This document shows positions 28,370 through 42,900 of a stretch of DNA of 64,000 nt, piece after piece. Both the position numbers and the translations under genes were made by a program. The first letter of the stretch is position 1, and each line of letters starts with the position of its first letter. The notes beneath the pieces are model-generated. The model saw only the letters and a list, made by a program, of their open reading frames with translations. It had not been told where the DNA came from and did no database searches. This stretch comes from Ophelia neglecta (Eukaryota), in contig OZ260666.1 in assembly GCA_965285935.1 (NCBI GenBank), positions 66,898,001-66,962,000 on the forward strand, in the 5' to 3' direction.

Positions 28370-28790
28370 AAACGCTTAATGAAAACATTTTTCAATGACG
28401 GTCCTCAATCCTATAAAAACAATTCTTGACATCCAATAAGATAAAATGAACTCTGACTAGAACAATTACAAAAAGAAACACAGCTTCAAACGTAATACCG
28501 ATAGAGCACAAATTCTGGTTGGCCCATGAGCGGCACTATTATACAAAGCCGTGTACTTCCTTTAAAGTCATTCAAATCGGTACGTAACAATTCGGGAAGA
28601 CCATTCCAATATTTAGCACCCAAATATGAAAAAGACATCTGTTCTGGTGAATCCACTCGGTGAGTAAAAGTATTACGTGCACTACTTCTAGTTGAAAGCG
28701 TCACTTCCGTGAACAAACGCGGAAGGGTATATAACTACATCTTAACTGTAATGAGTATTTGCATAAACAACCATTAACACCATCATGTCC
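28370..28790 (-). pseudogene. Decayed L2/Crack/CR1-group LINE 3' end
   Basis: STRSS...SFSYLGAKYWNGLPELLR.DLNDFK matches the ORF2 C-terminal SFxYxGAKxWNxLP motif, followed by an AT-rich UTR. Confidence 0.7.
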
Positions 28791-31700
28791 CAGTTATAAT
28801 TTCCCACTATTTCGGTTTGTTCAGTAGAATGTATCTGAATCGGGAATATAAATGAAACTAAAATAAACAGTGCAAGCAAAACATAAAACGAAAGGGAAAT
28901 CAATAAAATGAGTAATAAATTTTATCTTCGGTAACAGCGATTTTGACAAACCTTCGCAAATAAGCATTGCTTTTTTAACTTTCATTATATATACTTAATC
29001 GGATAACACAGAAAACTTCATATAATGCTCGGGTTTGTATCTTCAAATTGTGGGGGATTGACTGGATAAATTATCTATATGCTTTTATCGCAAAGAAAGC
29101 TACTGTATTGTCACGGTTATTGTGATAAACGCTTTGGTATGGTGTGCCCTTTCTGAGAATAGTAATATCATTTCTGCCGGTCCATTCATTAGGTAAGAAG
29201 ATATCATGAAGCGTTTTTTTTTGTTGTCTTTAAATCACACATTACATGGTAACTAGCATGATACTGCTCAGTTAACATTAACATTTATCTCCCTCAAAGA
29301 CAAACACTTGAAATCTCATATGGGAGTACGATAAGCATGATTTATCTGTTGCTATTTCACTGTATCACGTTGCATGGGAAGCTGTGCTACAAAATTAGGT
29401 AGTGAACACAGTGATTTTTCACCAAACTGTTATGGTTCTGCTCGTCTAAAAAATTGTACACAGCACAATGTATCCGGAAAAAATATGCTGCACATGTGCA
29501 ATATGTTACCAGACAAAACCCTGGAGATTTAGTTGTAGAGTAAGAACCTTTGGTGGTAAGGTAATAATTTACCACAAACTGAGGGTTGAGCCATGAATTT
29601 TTCGCAGTTAACGGTCAAGCTTCCATCATTAAATGTTACTTAAGCTGGTAATAACCTCTTGGCAAGTAACATTTAGACGTACTTGGCCACGGGCTAGTGG
29701 TAAAAAGACACTTATTAGACGTGAACCTTACATGTAACAAACAGAGCTATTTAAACATTTTTTTTCACCTGTCTGTGGTCATTGTGTTTCTTTCTGATAT
29801 AAATAAATAGAAACACAAGAAGAATCAAACTATTGAAAATATGGGGTTTTCACTGATTTCATTAAATTATAACTGCATCTTGGTTTTTAACTTAGCATGA
29901 TCAAGGCCAATCTACTGGCATGCGCCGTAAGGCAAGAGAAAGATTTGAAGAGGACCCCGGACCTACCCAAGGTGCCGTCCCGCGAAATGCGGGGCCAAAA
30001 GAATAAGGCAAAATAACAAATTAAATGTGCACATGCAGCTAACTTTATATACATATATTCATTGCCCGCCCAGTTTTGCCCTACACACAGGCAATAGAGA
30101 CATATAATTATGGCTATTTTGATTATTGTCTGTTATAAAAATAGATGATGTTCAAAAATTTAGTTTATTAAAAGGCCCCTTATAGATTTGAAAGAGCTAA
30201 TTTTATTTAACAACCATCTATAAGTGTTCCCCTATATTTTGACATTCGTGTAGGCAGTCATTTCCGGAAAAGGCTATAAGAGGTAATTAAATACAAATAT
30301 TCTAATTAATACAGATTCAGCGAGTGCTTGTCATTCACGACAGTGCCATATTCCATAAACATTCCCTTTGGAGAGCGTTCTGAAAAGTAAACTTAACAAG
30401 ATGTGTGTACTCAAACACTAATAAATAGAACACAAGTAAACATGTAGATGAAAAAATCTGTAAGTAAATGTCTCACTGATCAACATTTAAATGACAATTT
30501 TACTTATATATTGACCGATGTATTTCTGAAAAACAGAGCTAACAACAGACACTCAACAGAGCATTCAAGTTCCCTGGTTATTCAATCTAATATTAGGCCA
30601 TATCTCATTGATCCAAGTCAATAGGTTAAATATGCCAAGCATATCATGTGGTCGATGTATGTTGTTCTAACTTGAGCAGACTCTTTAAGCGATCACTCCA
30701 AAACAAACAAACCATGACGCACTGACTACCCGCATCATCATCTTAAACAGCATTCTTTGCCACTTAACTCGCTCAAGCAAGCTTCACTGCTTCCTAGCCA
30801 ATACTTGGGAGCACTGTCGGATATTTTCGATTGATTTTTTACAAACGCATAATGTACTTAATTTCATGTTGGTCAAGACTGTAGTTGGCCTGTAAATCTA
30901 GCTGTGGACATAGTTTTATATTTATACACATGCACACAACACGGCATAAACTCAGTTGTTGTGTTATCACTGTGGCCGAAGCTCGAGCATTTACGTGTAT
31001 TGGAGTGTGTATTGTATAAGAACCAATCAATGACCGCCAGTTATATCACATTTGGTACAATCCGACATCCCAGTCTATTAGATCCCTGCCAAGAGTTCCT
31101 TGACTGCTTCATTTCTAATTTAAAAGTTAAAGTCTACCAAAATATATACTGTAAACTATCAGTATATTGGATTCTATGTTGTGAGATCTCAGTATCATCT
31201 TATCCAAGTTTGTGAGCCCTAAATCTGATACTGTAAGTACCCATTCTGCCGAATCCGACACTGGTGAATCTTTGACAGTTAGATTTAATTCTTTTAAATC
31301 CAATTTATACTTAATTAGGCCCCGAGCCATGATAGTCAAGGTACTTCTAACTATATTAAGCTAAGATGGTTAAGCCTTAGCGAAAGTTGTCAACGATATT
31401 AAGTTTTCTATCGGTCGCTAATAATTCAGAATACCCCAAAAGACAATCCGTCCACTGGTAAAGACTTAAGAAAGAACGACGGTCCAGAATCAAATGGGAC
31501 ATCGCACACGATCCTTACAAAATATCATAGAAGGACATTTTTAATAATGACCATAATGGACAATAGGGGAAGACATATTTTTCATCTTACTACGTAGGAG
31601 ACATTCTAGAAACATATCTTATGCCGAAGTATACAACAGTCGTACACGTTATCTGAGATTGTTGCCTAAGACCAATTTCTGTGGACCATTAACCCCCTCT

Positions 31701-31954
31701 CCCCCACTGATTTGATTTATTTTTTCGCACCATAAAAGCATATACAGGGTTAATATATAAATTAAAGACTAGAATCATACATATCTGCATTCAATAAGTA
31801 CCATGCCAATCACATCACAGTATATACTATATTAGCACAAGCGTCACAGCCCAGAAACAGAATGCTACTATTATGTTGCAGGGTATTGTCAAAAGTTGTA
31901 CATAACTTATTTCCATGACGGTCCCGTGAACAAAAAGGCAACAAAGACAATTTG

Positions 31955-32330
31955 TTTTTTGACTGGACAGGCCAAGATTTTTGAGGCATTTCTATGAGGA
32001 TTTTGTACTATCGACATTTTCTCCAATTTGAATTTTTACATAAATCTGCTTGGCTCTTTTATTTCCCTTTGCACTAAATTGCGAAGGCTTTCAAAATCAT
32101 CTCGAATCTCTCCATCAAACGAAGCCTGGCTTCTCTGTTTTAAACGGATGGATATGACATGCGTAATATCATCAAGTACAGATAGGGACAGAGAATTAAA
32201 AGAATCAAAAGCGTTTGATACATCCTCACAGTTTGTTCACGTGGCCAGTCAATGCAAAGTTTTTCACAGAATGTCTCAGCAGAATAGATGTGCATTGACC
32301 TTACAGCTACTGTGTTATGCTGACCTGGTG
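31955..32330 (-). pseudogene. Decayed L2/Crack-group LINE ORF2 fragment (endonuclease-RT linker)
   Basis: Frameshifted translation GQHNTVAVRSMHIYSAETFCEKLCIDW / CEDVSNAFDSFNSLSLSVLDD...IRLKQRSQ...LRNLVQREIK / RAKQIY..IGEN...KCLKNLG matches the typical linker pattern of these elements. Confidence 0.7.
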
Positions 32331-34299
32331 GTGTTTAAATACTGGATGGCGGATAACAGGCAGAATAATATTCGGTTGTGTTTGAAAATCAAGTAGTTAA
32401 TTACGTCTACATTTAAGGAGATTAAAATCTGCTTAGTAATCTATGACGTCAAAAGGCATTGAAACAAAAGACCTTAAACTAATAAGTTTAAAGGCAATTT
32501 GTTCCATAAACTTTATTGAATGAATTATGAAAAGAGAAAGAGGCATAAAGCACAGACCTTTTCTGCCTTTTTGTGTTAGAAATTAAATGCTTTTGCTACA
32601 TCTTGCAGTCAGCTTCCTTCGAAATATCAAATTTAACTCGGCAATAGTCCTAGAGATAAAAACACAATATCATTGGATATGACATGTGCAAAACGTTAAT
32701 AAACACGAGTGGTTACCCAGCAGACAAAGACAAAGACATATCAAAACGTGTTATAATTACTAGTCAGCTGGCCGTCACAATAAATGAGACCGGGAAATGC
32801 TGACTAAACAATGTCACCAGGAAAGTAGAAGCTGACAATTACCGTTCCTAGACAAAAGTCGCATATGTTAGTTCTTGCATTGCTATTTAGCAGAGACAAA
32901 GCACGGTAGAATTAAATAAGGAAAGTCAATTATAGCTAAAAACTCGTGTGGAACTTACCCATTAAAAACTACTTCAGTGTTTTTTTCAACCTACCTCCTT
33001 TTCCGGAAATCATTTTTATTGCTGATTATGTGTACACTTAATATATTGCTTGCCTAGCATATCAAATATCCCAATTTTGTGTTTACTGCCATGTTTCTGG
33101 CAAATGACAATAACATCGCTTCTCCTTAATGCATCGTGTGCATACAGATGCCTTTATTACTAAAATATTTCTACCGAGTATAAGACTCTTGGCCAAAAGA
33201 GCTAGGAGAGGCAGATTCTTTTCTTAAATTCCAATTGCTTTCCGTTAAACATGCGGTAGATCGAAGCTGAAACTCTGGCAACATTCAATACAAAAATGAG
33301 TTGAACTGGAATCCCACAGGGATTTTATATTACTGTAACGCTAGACGTTGAGGCCAGGAGCGCCCCTTTTTCCACACTGACAAGATCAGTGCATTTTTAT
33401 CCCTCACAGTATTTCCATATTATTGGTATGCTAGGGGATTGTATAGTAGCATTAAATGACCTAATGTCTTATTAATACTTTCTCGTCCCTCGTCTACATT
33501 TTGTTTTCCGGACGGGCACCTTGGGGCAAACAGGGTCTCAGACTCCAAAGCTTATTCCTCATTAAATGGGAACGATGAAAGCTTGTTCAGCTAAATCAAA
33601 CATAACACGATGATTTGTAACTACAAGGATATTCAATATGCCAACACCGTCGATAGCGAACTTAGCTTGCAGCATTTTTTATCAGTCAATGCGAAAAATA
33701 TGTATTACAAAATCTCAATGAAGAGTTCCTCCGCCATACAACAACTCAACAGATTTATGTTATACTACGTAAAACTCAAATATCTCGTTAGATAATAAGA
33801 GAGTTTGTACACAGAGCAAGTTGTGCGTTTTATAACTATCAACCGGGAAGCTAGGTTAGTCTTATTTAATATATCTCATAGTTTTCACGTGTATTCTTAT
33901 AAATGTGCATATGTTTTCAAGTCAATACCTTATTGATACCTCATTATCAGGGTACAGAACAATCTTGGAAATCAGGTCAACACATAAAGGCCAAACATGT
34001 AAACTGTAAAAATTGAAGAAATAGTTGCAAAGTCTTTTACCGTGTGGCTTAGCATACTTCCACTTCGATGCCTGTAATGTATATGTATCAATATCACCGT
34101 GTACAGCCTTTTTCTTAACTATATAGGGGCAAATCCTATCTACCGTGCATTCTTCCATCGAAATAATGACTAGATGAATGAGTTAATGAGTTGCAATCTC
34201 CCACTTATCTGATATGACTTTAATCCAAGCAAAAGTGTAACAACAAAATGCTTTTAGCCTGAGGTCAGGGCATTAATAACAGGTATGCAGACTTGTCCC

Positions 34300-34640
34300 T
34301 GCATGGAGACCTGCAGCACAATATTAAAGGAACAAAACAAGGAAAACCAACAGAATTTACTATCATAAACATGTAACTGTAAAATATGTGTCGATCCGGC
34401 AAAAGTATTAACGTATTAGGTGATTGGAAAATTGACTTTTCTAGACACAACAAAATAGACCATTCCCAGAGCAACCTTTGAATCCCAGCGAATGGTATGT
34501 ACATCTCCTTATTCACATGTGTGCGAAAGCCATGAATGATCCTGTGATGGAGCAAATTAGATTACAGTCAAAGGTAGCTCATGTGCTCAAATGGTTTAAT
34601 CTATGAGTACCATTCCATGATTTATATTTGCCTCCAGTTC
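34300..34640 (+). pseudogene. Decayed LINE apurinic endonuclease (APE) fragment
   Basis: KSINVLGDWKIDFS (34401-34442) resembles the GDxNID motif. YHSMIYIC near 34610-34630 resembles the SDH motif. Stops are present. Confidence 0.4.
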
Positions 34641-37009
34641 CTAATTCAACGAATCGAGTGATTCAAGTAGCATACCGATACTCAAAATCCATATAAAGTA
34701 TGTAGTTCCTGCATATTAATGCAAAGTATATATGTGAAAAGCATTACTCTGTTTGTGTGGAAAGGGATAGTTTGTATTTACCACTTATTGAGATGAACAT
34801 TTTGTCTCCAAAATCAGTTTAACAAGAAGATAAGTATATATGTTATATTTCTTCTTTGAAGTGACCCGTATTAAAGCTTTAGCCTAATGGCAAACATATT
34901 TTTTGATTAAAAAATGCCTGATAGTTATAGAAAGAAACTAAGACGTTAAAGTCATATATGATATATTATAAACAAGAAGCAAAAAATCAGTAATCTGTAT
35001 ATCCTTATGTATTTATAAGATATCTTATAAGCAGAAAACTCAAACTGGTCTAATGTAGTTACACAAGTACATAAAGCGTTAGTATACTTAATTACTGTAT
35101 ACACAGTGTGGATCGCCCTTTCCATTTATATCCATGTAAATGCCATCTGAATATATATAGTTTACACAACGGTGCAGTCTTTTCTACACAAATCAAGAAT
35201 AGGGCGTACAGACAGATATATGGGTACAGCATATAAATATATAATATATTCGGGCGGTTTGGGTCTCTCGTCCCACTTTATAGACGCTAAATATATGGAT
35301 GACTCCTATTCGGCTTAACAACAACACTCTCCCTCACGTCAAACACGGCCAAAGAATCAATTTCCGGAAAAAGGACAATTATGGGCCCAATGGGAGCCAA
35401 ATGTAGCCGTCATTATTGCTTTTACCACCTCTGTGTCAAGAATTTAATAAAAAGACACAAATGTCAGTGTTGGGGGAATGCGATTGTTCTCTGGTGAGTA
35501 ATACACCACGGTAACATTGGTCGCTCAAACAATTTGGCCATTGGGCCACAGCATCAACATCCCAAGGGGCTAATTGCTGGCTGTACATGGTAGAAGGAAG
35601 AAGGATGAGAAGTGGCGGTTTAAACAACCGGTCCCCTTCTCAAATTTATTATAGGCGAAGGCCACAGACCTTGGACGTATTAACGAGGTTCTAATTATCC
35701 TCCTTTCTATGGCACTTATTGTCTTCCACTGCCAGTCTTACATAAACACCCTAACATACAGCAACCCTTTACGTACCTACTAAGATCGCTGCCCCCCCCC
35801 CCCATCTCACAAAAAAACATATTTTGAAATTCTTTCCAGAGCCCTGGGGGGAAGGGAGGTGTGATGATCTCCAACAACCGAAAGGGGATAAAGGAATCAA
35901 TAAACGTGGGTTGGTTTTATTTCCTACTAAAGTATGTTGATTGATTTATCTTGGCTTAGCTAAAGGTTTGAGGCAAAGTGCAAAGACTGCTTATTGTATG
36001 AGGCAGACGGACAACTTGACAATGAATTTTTCGCATAGACATGATAATCATAGGAATGCCCAATATATACTACGCATAACTAGACATGACCATGTGGTCT
36101 AGGATACCTTCCTGCCACTAAAAATCCCAGAAAAGTATAAAGGCGATCGGATTGAAGTAGCAACCACAGTTCAACTATTATGTTGCTAACTATATCAAAT
36201 ACTTAACTAGAGCGAATCGATAGTATATATATATGATAAAGGTTGGCATCGGTTGGCATGTACCTATGGGGGACACATCTCGCAGTTACCAGAATGTATT
36301 GATTGACAAAAAAATGTGTCAGACTCCAACACTCGAGAGTGAACCAAGCCTACTTGTTTAGCCTTAATATGATATTTTATGTGTAAGGGGTGGTTCACTA
36401 TTCTAAACTGAGGGAGGGGGGGGGCGAATATTAACCCCCCTTTTGCATACATGTTAACAACAGATTGTTAATCACATGCGTGGTACTAACCGTAACATTG
36501 ATTCCAGCCACATATTTTGGGATCCCTAAAATACTTCAGATGAAATTAACTCACTATCCACATGACTAACGAAAAATGCACTGAAGAAATACGAAAGTAA
36601 GTAATTTTCCTTTGTGATTAAAACAGACTATCTATCGGATCAGTTCTTTTGTGAGAAGGGTATCACAACGTACTAGTGGTTCTTTGAAAAAGTAACAATA
36701 AGTGAGCAATGCCATGATATTGTGCATGTGAAAACGACAATCACATTAGACGAAAGAAGAAGTCACGTATAGTATGTACTTGATTTGTAAGAAAGCACTT
36801 TTGGTATATCACAAGTAGCATGCCGGTGACTATTATTGAAAATTGAAACGCAGGGATATTATAGTTTTCAAATAGACATTTAATATACAACAAAGTGGAA
36901 AAAACGGCGAACGCAATTTTCGCTCATCCTGTCCTAAGATCACGTCATGAAGATCATAACTGAGGGGCCTTGATGGCCCTTATCGTCAGATCCCGCAAAA
37001 CACAGGCCG

Positions 37010-37094
37010 CAATAGCACCCACTGAAATAGCACTTTTAGCCCTTGGGCCATTATAGCACAGGCGCTCAAGGGCAAAAGCGTGGGAACACTATTG
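37010..37094. repeat. Short imperfect palindrome (probable MITE remnant)
   Basis: CAATAG..CCCAC...CTTTTAGCCCTTGGGCC pairs with GGCGCTCAAGGGCAAAAG.GTGGG...CTATTG. Confidence 0.5.
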
Positions 37095-38707
37095 TATATA
37101 TGCAAATAAACACTCTGAGTATACTTAACTTCTTGTTGTGATTACCATGAGTGCAGATAACCTACATATCCAACTTAGGCCTTCGTTTACACGCAGAGCT
37201 ATACAGGAGCATTCAGTAATAATGCAAGGAAACAAACGATGCAATCCTTATGTAGCTGTCCGAGTTTGCCACCAATCTGACTGTCCGGAGGTTTATGCGC
37301 CACTGCCCTGTTGTGCTAGAAAATCAGTATCGAAAAAAAGTGGGGTTTTCATATTTTTGAGAAAAAAGTTGATCCATCAGTTTCAGACATCCTCTCCTAA
37401 ATATTTTTGAAAAAGATGAATGGTCTGAAAAAAATAATGGGCCGCCAACACATCTTCTAGCCCCTCATCCCCCCTTCCTTTATAAATAACGGTGCGTCAC
37501 CAAGACAAGCTCTGAATGAAAAGCCATTGCCTGTAGAGAAATAATGGCTATGTTGGCCAGATTTAAGAGCGATGTGTGTTGTTAACACCAGTTAAGTAGG
37601 TGTTGACAGTTAACTGATTGTTCTCCAGAGATACTTCAAGCGCTTAACATTAACGTTATTTGCAATGTACATTCCAGAGGCTGACCGGTTCTTACTGATG
37701 AGATCAAGCAGGATGGGCTATTGATCTGTTATATAGCAGGGCTTCTTTTATGTGAAGGCTCGGTGTTATTGAATGGTGGCTGCTCGTTTTCATGTGTTAT
37801 CATCCTAATCTCTTGCCAATAACGTATTTTATCTACCAGGGCGTAGCTGCATTCAAGGGTCAATGAGTGCATAAAGCTAGTTAAACCAAAATGCTCATAG
37901 TCTGAAGCCATGTACTCGCTAGGTAAAATATTTGACGAGTACATTTATGAAAAATATATATTAGAATTAAAACGTATTCTGCAATCGGGAAATCTGGCTG
38001 TAGAACTAATGCAGTGCGAAGCCTATGTGCTACATACGTGTCAATGCAGGAAGCGATATATACTTTGTCACATTAAACATCGCCTTACGATAAAATGTTA
38101 TTATACAAATGAAAATGGTGCAATGTATCCGATCTTGGGTGGCCTGTTTTGATGCTTTAAGATCTTAGGTCTTATTTGTGTTCGGCATACAGTCATGGGC
38201 TGGGTGTTTCTGATTTAATGTGAGGAGTGAGGGGGTTAAGCATAACCTCTCACAACGTGCCAGCTTGCCGAAGTTTGCTTCATTAAGATGTCTAACATCA
38301 TTGCGGAAATTTCAGTTTACATCACTAGTCCTAGACAGAAAATTACACTAGGGCCCAAACACACTAATCAATGCTCACACAAAATGCTACACCCAACACT
38401 GCTATTAACCAATACCGGCCAAGATGAGGGCTGGCAACATTGTGGCCACCCACCATCTGTAGGGATGTAAACCTGCCACACAAATGAACATATATGCTGC
38501 CACAGATAGCTAAACCCATGATGGACCATTTCACTCCTCTTTCATTCATTTTTGTACATAGTGATCCTTATTTTATTCATAGGTTTGCAATCATCCTGCA
38601 TCCTTGGTGGTCAGCCTAAACAGTTAAAACAAGGTACTTGTTTAGCCACATGTTGATATTGTACTTTGGTGATTCATAATAAGTTTAGGCACGCACCGTC
38701 GTGCTTA

Positions 38708-38893
38708 TACAGCCAATGGAAACTTATGTTTAGCATCATCTGATTATTTCGGTCAGAGGAATAAGACACTACTGCCTAAGCCTTAGGACAGAGTACGGCG
38801 TTCAACACACGATAATGATCTTGCACCACACAAACAAAAACACACGGAATGCAAGTATCAACAACGTATACCAAATCCCGTCGATAGTAACAG
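38708..38893 (+). repeat. Left arm of a long inverted repeat (partner 39800-39996)
   Basis: ATGGAAACTTATGTTTAGCATC...ATTATTTCGGTCAGA..AATAAG...CTGCCTAAGCCTT..GACAGAGTACGGC.TTCAA...TCTTGCACCACAC...TGCAAGTATCAACAAC...TACCAAATCCC.TCGATAGT reappears reverse-complemented. Confidence 0.85.
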
Positions 38894-39064
38894 TTCTGCT
38901 TTCTGGCAGGAACTGCTGGCCATTCTCACGTACTTAGTAGAATATAATGTGTAGATATGAATAAGCCATCCCCGAAATCCCCCTTGCAAATTATTCAGTT
39001 TTACAGGACTTTGCAGTGAGATATTGTATTATTTTACCTACTTATTTAAACAGTTTTCATACTA

Positions 39065-39439
39065 GGTATATGGCTGTCTTACTGATTAAGTAGCAAAATA
39101 TAACAGAAAGATCAATCGGTCAATAAACCGAGATAGCAGAGCATTCATTTTATCAGCATTATCCTACATTTCCTTCGGTTTAAAAAAATTAAACTGTACC
39201 ATTTTGAATCCAATTAAAATACGGTGTATCTCCAAGCATCTACTTGAACACTGGTAGTATGTATAAAATGGATTTCGTCTTACCGTCACAGCATGTTCCT
39301 GACTTTAGATGTGCATACTTTCTGTTCAAGGTTCTACTGCTTCATGAATAAGACAATCGAGGGAAGATAAAGAGCATATTCTAGACGGACTATTGTGTTT
39401 TGGAACTTCTAGCTAGTGACTATAAGACAGCCATATACC
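39065..39439. mobile_element. TIR element (MITE, possibly Kolobok-like) nested between the long inverted arms
   Basis: Perfect 17-bp inverted termini GGTATATGGCTGTCTTA (39065-39081) and TAAGACAGCCATATACC (39423-39439). No clean TSD. Confidence 0.55.
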
Positions 39440-39799
39440 GTTTATCATTATATCATATAAAATGCCATTAACCTTACACTCATAATCTATGACCAATGAC
39501 ACGTAATGTAGAGAGATGACTTGTTCCTTATGCTTCAACTGGCGCCGGCGGTCGGAGTGACACTCTAACTGAAATATTCGTGTCCAATATTCGATACAAC
39601 AGATTGTTCCTCAGGGTCACCTGCAATAACAGTATATAGCAACAAAGTTATACTGTACAGGCCGTAATCTGACAGCTGCTGGACGAAAAGGATCAACCCG
39701 CACCTGACCTAGTTCAGTGTAAATGGGAACTTTAGTACAAGATGATTTGTTTAATCTCACTCATTCTCATCCGCTGTCGTTTTCCATGTAGCATCCTAT

Positions 39800-39996
39800 C
39801 TGGAACTATCGATGGGATTTGGTACAAGTTGTTGATACTTGCAGTCTGTGTGTTATTTGTTGTGTGGTGCAAGATAACTATCGTGTGTTCCTGCAAGACA
39901 TTGAATGCCGTACTCTGTCTGAAGGCTTAGGCAGAAGTGCCTTATTCTTCTGACCGAAATAATAGGATGCTAAACATAAGTTTCCATGTAGCTATG
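39800..39996 (-). repeat. Right arm of the long inverted repeat
   Basis: Reverse complement of 38708-38893 with scattered substitutions and one ~13-bp indel. Confidence 0.85.
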
Positions 39997-42900
39997 CCTA
40001 TATAGTTGGCGGGGCAGAAGTAGACGTTCAGAGATGGGTATGTCAATTATAAGCTGACTGTGGCGCATCAAATCTTAGAGAGTGCTGGTCTTGCTTTCCT
40101 GAAGTTTTCCTTAGTAGGACAAACACGGCGGTATTCCAAGATTTTTACGTTTTAAGTTTTTGTTGGATACGGTCGGGGCAGACTTATATATAGACCAGCT
40201 AAATCTAATCTCATGTGCCAAGTTTGACACTGCTGGTTGAATGGTGATCATCAGCATTTTGCGCCATCTTTACTAGTTCAACAATGCCGGTAGGGACGAT
40301 ACGGGAGAAGGCACCCGGTACCACCACACAATAATCAATCAGAAATAAATGAAAACAGACGTGCAGAAACGATTACTAAACAAAGCTTATATCAATAAAA
40401 ATCAAGAAATCATCACGTCCAGCAATTCAACACATATACGCCTTGTGATGATTCTACGCAAAGAACTTGAGCTTTCCTTCAGGAAAAACTGAAACGATGA
40501 GCCTGGTATCATATATATTCCTACGTGTTATTCATAGTCAAGACAAAGTATTTATTTAATAAAACCAGATCTAGAAGTACTGATTGCAACATCCTATCTG
40601 TTAAATCAAATTTAAAACCACCGCTATTCTGTTCCAAATTTTAAACCAAATGTCAATCACCAATAATCTTCATTCATAAAGATAAATAGATCCCCTGGCA
40701 GATTAAATCATCAATGAAGGTCAGTACATTGAACATGCCATATTTGGGCAGATTTGTATATGTATAACACTAATTCACATAGCTTACAATGTTTCCACAT
40801 TGATTACTACGCCAATGGACTGACAGCAATGATGATGATCCAAATCACATAAGAACATGACATTTCCATTAGTATCGTTTTGATCACGGGAAGGGATCGG
40901 TGAAAAGCCAAGACACAATTGAGTAACCCGGGGTGTGCACATTGATTCGACAAGTTATCTCAACAATCAAACATTATTCACAGTGACCTGTTAAACGTCG
41001 CATTTGACAAAGCACTTTATTTCGTACAAACCCAGCATTAAAGTCAGAGGGGATGTTGAAAACCATGCAATACGTGCCCTTATCATATAAAGGTCAAAGA
41101 CAAATCACACATCTTTAGAATGCTAAGGCTAGGAAATTCATACCAGAACGAGTACGGTGTGAAATGATCCAAATTTGAAGATATTATTTGGCGACAGTTG
41201 GTTTCTATGTGTCGGGTACCCTTCCCATGTTGCAACATTGCTGTATACACCTAATCCATTTTGACTAGATAAGATAGTGAAGGAAATGAGACGATAGATT
41301 ATTCCAGGTGTCATAGTAGGCACTTAATAACGAGGAATATCCTCCAATTATATACAGCATGCTTATAAGCAAACTCCAGTAGAAGATACTCGGCAGACAA
41401 GGAAACGGAAAAATCATTGATCAAGAAGATACACACTCCAAAGCATCAATCGCCAATTCCGGAACTAGAAAAAAAGTGCTAAAATCAAAGTAGAACTCAA
41501 TAGATAATATAATGCGATCACCCTTTTCCTGCGTTTTTTTTTTTGAAAGAGAGTGCAAATAATCTCAATTAAACTCTACGACACAATATATGGTTCTCTT
41601 GTACATTGTAGGGCATAACACAATGTTGCCTTACTTTTGGCTCAAAACAGTGTGGGTTATATAATTCGGCCGAGGGAAGCCCAAGGCACTTCTAGCACTA
41701 AAAGCATACCTAATTACTCTGCATAAATGATGGAACAATGCTTGTCGAAACACAGTTTAAACTTATTTGCATCTCAGTGCATCCCAATCGAAAAGAAACT
41801 AATGCTGAACCTCATTCCAGCTATCCCTTTCAAAACTATATAAAACTATATAACTCCATCGAATCTTGAGGCCAATATATGCCGATTAAAAACAAAACGG
41901 CCAACTTTTAATGTCTCTAATCCACATACTAAAACCTATACTTACCACACGTATCATCCACTGAAACACTGCCCTTGATCCCCTAGAACGGTATAGAGCA
42001 ACATCGCCTGAAAGCCCAGATTTTGAAATCTATGGACTATTGGCTTAATGACGTGTATACACCCTTGATATACTTAACTTCATGTTGAAAGGCTCTAGAG
42101 TGCAGTTGACCTACATATCCAGTTGTAGGCATGTGTTTACACACAGAAGCATTACCCACAGTTCAGCTCTATTGCTGAGAAGTTAAACGATGCAAACCTC
42201 AGGTAGCAATCCGGGCTGGGCACCGATCTTTCCCAGTTTTCATGTGCAGCTATGTGCGCTACTGGTGCTTTCTGTTAGATCCAAGTCTGTTAAATCCCAG
42301 TTCGTGGCGTGGTGAGCCAAAACTGGAATCAAAGCAGCGAGGGCGCAACACTCCCTCATGAGCAGTGAGCTAAGTACAGTGGCGGATCATAGCCATTGCA
42401 AAGGTATGGGCAAAGTGAGAGGAGTTCACTTGTTTACCTATGTGTTTGACTAACAATCAATCAATAGGGTCGCTCATCCCAATTAACCTCCGGGATGAAC
42501 TTTGAAGAAATGGCTTGGCATTCATGTTTGCATATAGCTTAGTATGTGCGTAACAGCGTATTTTTCCCGAAAACGACGTTGGACACAAATATCTGATGCT
42601 TGCCTGTTCCATAATGGTTATATATGTGTTAGACTTATGTTTTAAGAACGATTAAATGTGTCATATAAAATTGTGGAATTCTTGCAAACAACAGAATTAT
42701 AACTTTTTCCATATGTTCATTTCTTTTAGAGCTGAGTTAAAGTGTTAGAAGTGGCTGGAGGTCTAAATCTGAACGTTGGCTCCGTTTAAATGAACAAATA
42801 GTTCCAGCGGGATATCAAGATGGTTAATATTACATCAGCCCTGCATGGTACGTACTTAAGGCCGCCTATTCCGTCTCAAACAAAATCAAAGACTACATCA

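Noticed and set aside
37695-37730. Hammerhead-like CTGATGA followed by stem GATCAA/TTGATC
   Set aside because: The stem is followed by TGTT instead of the required GAAA, and I found no stems I/III.
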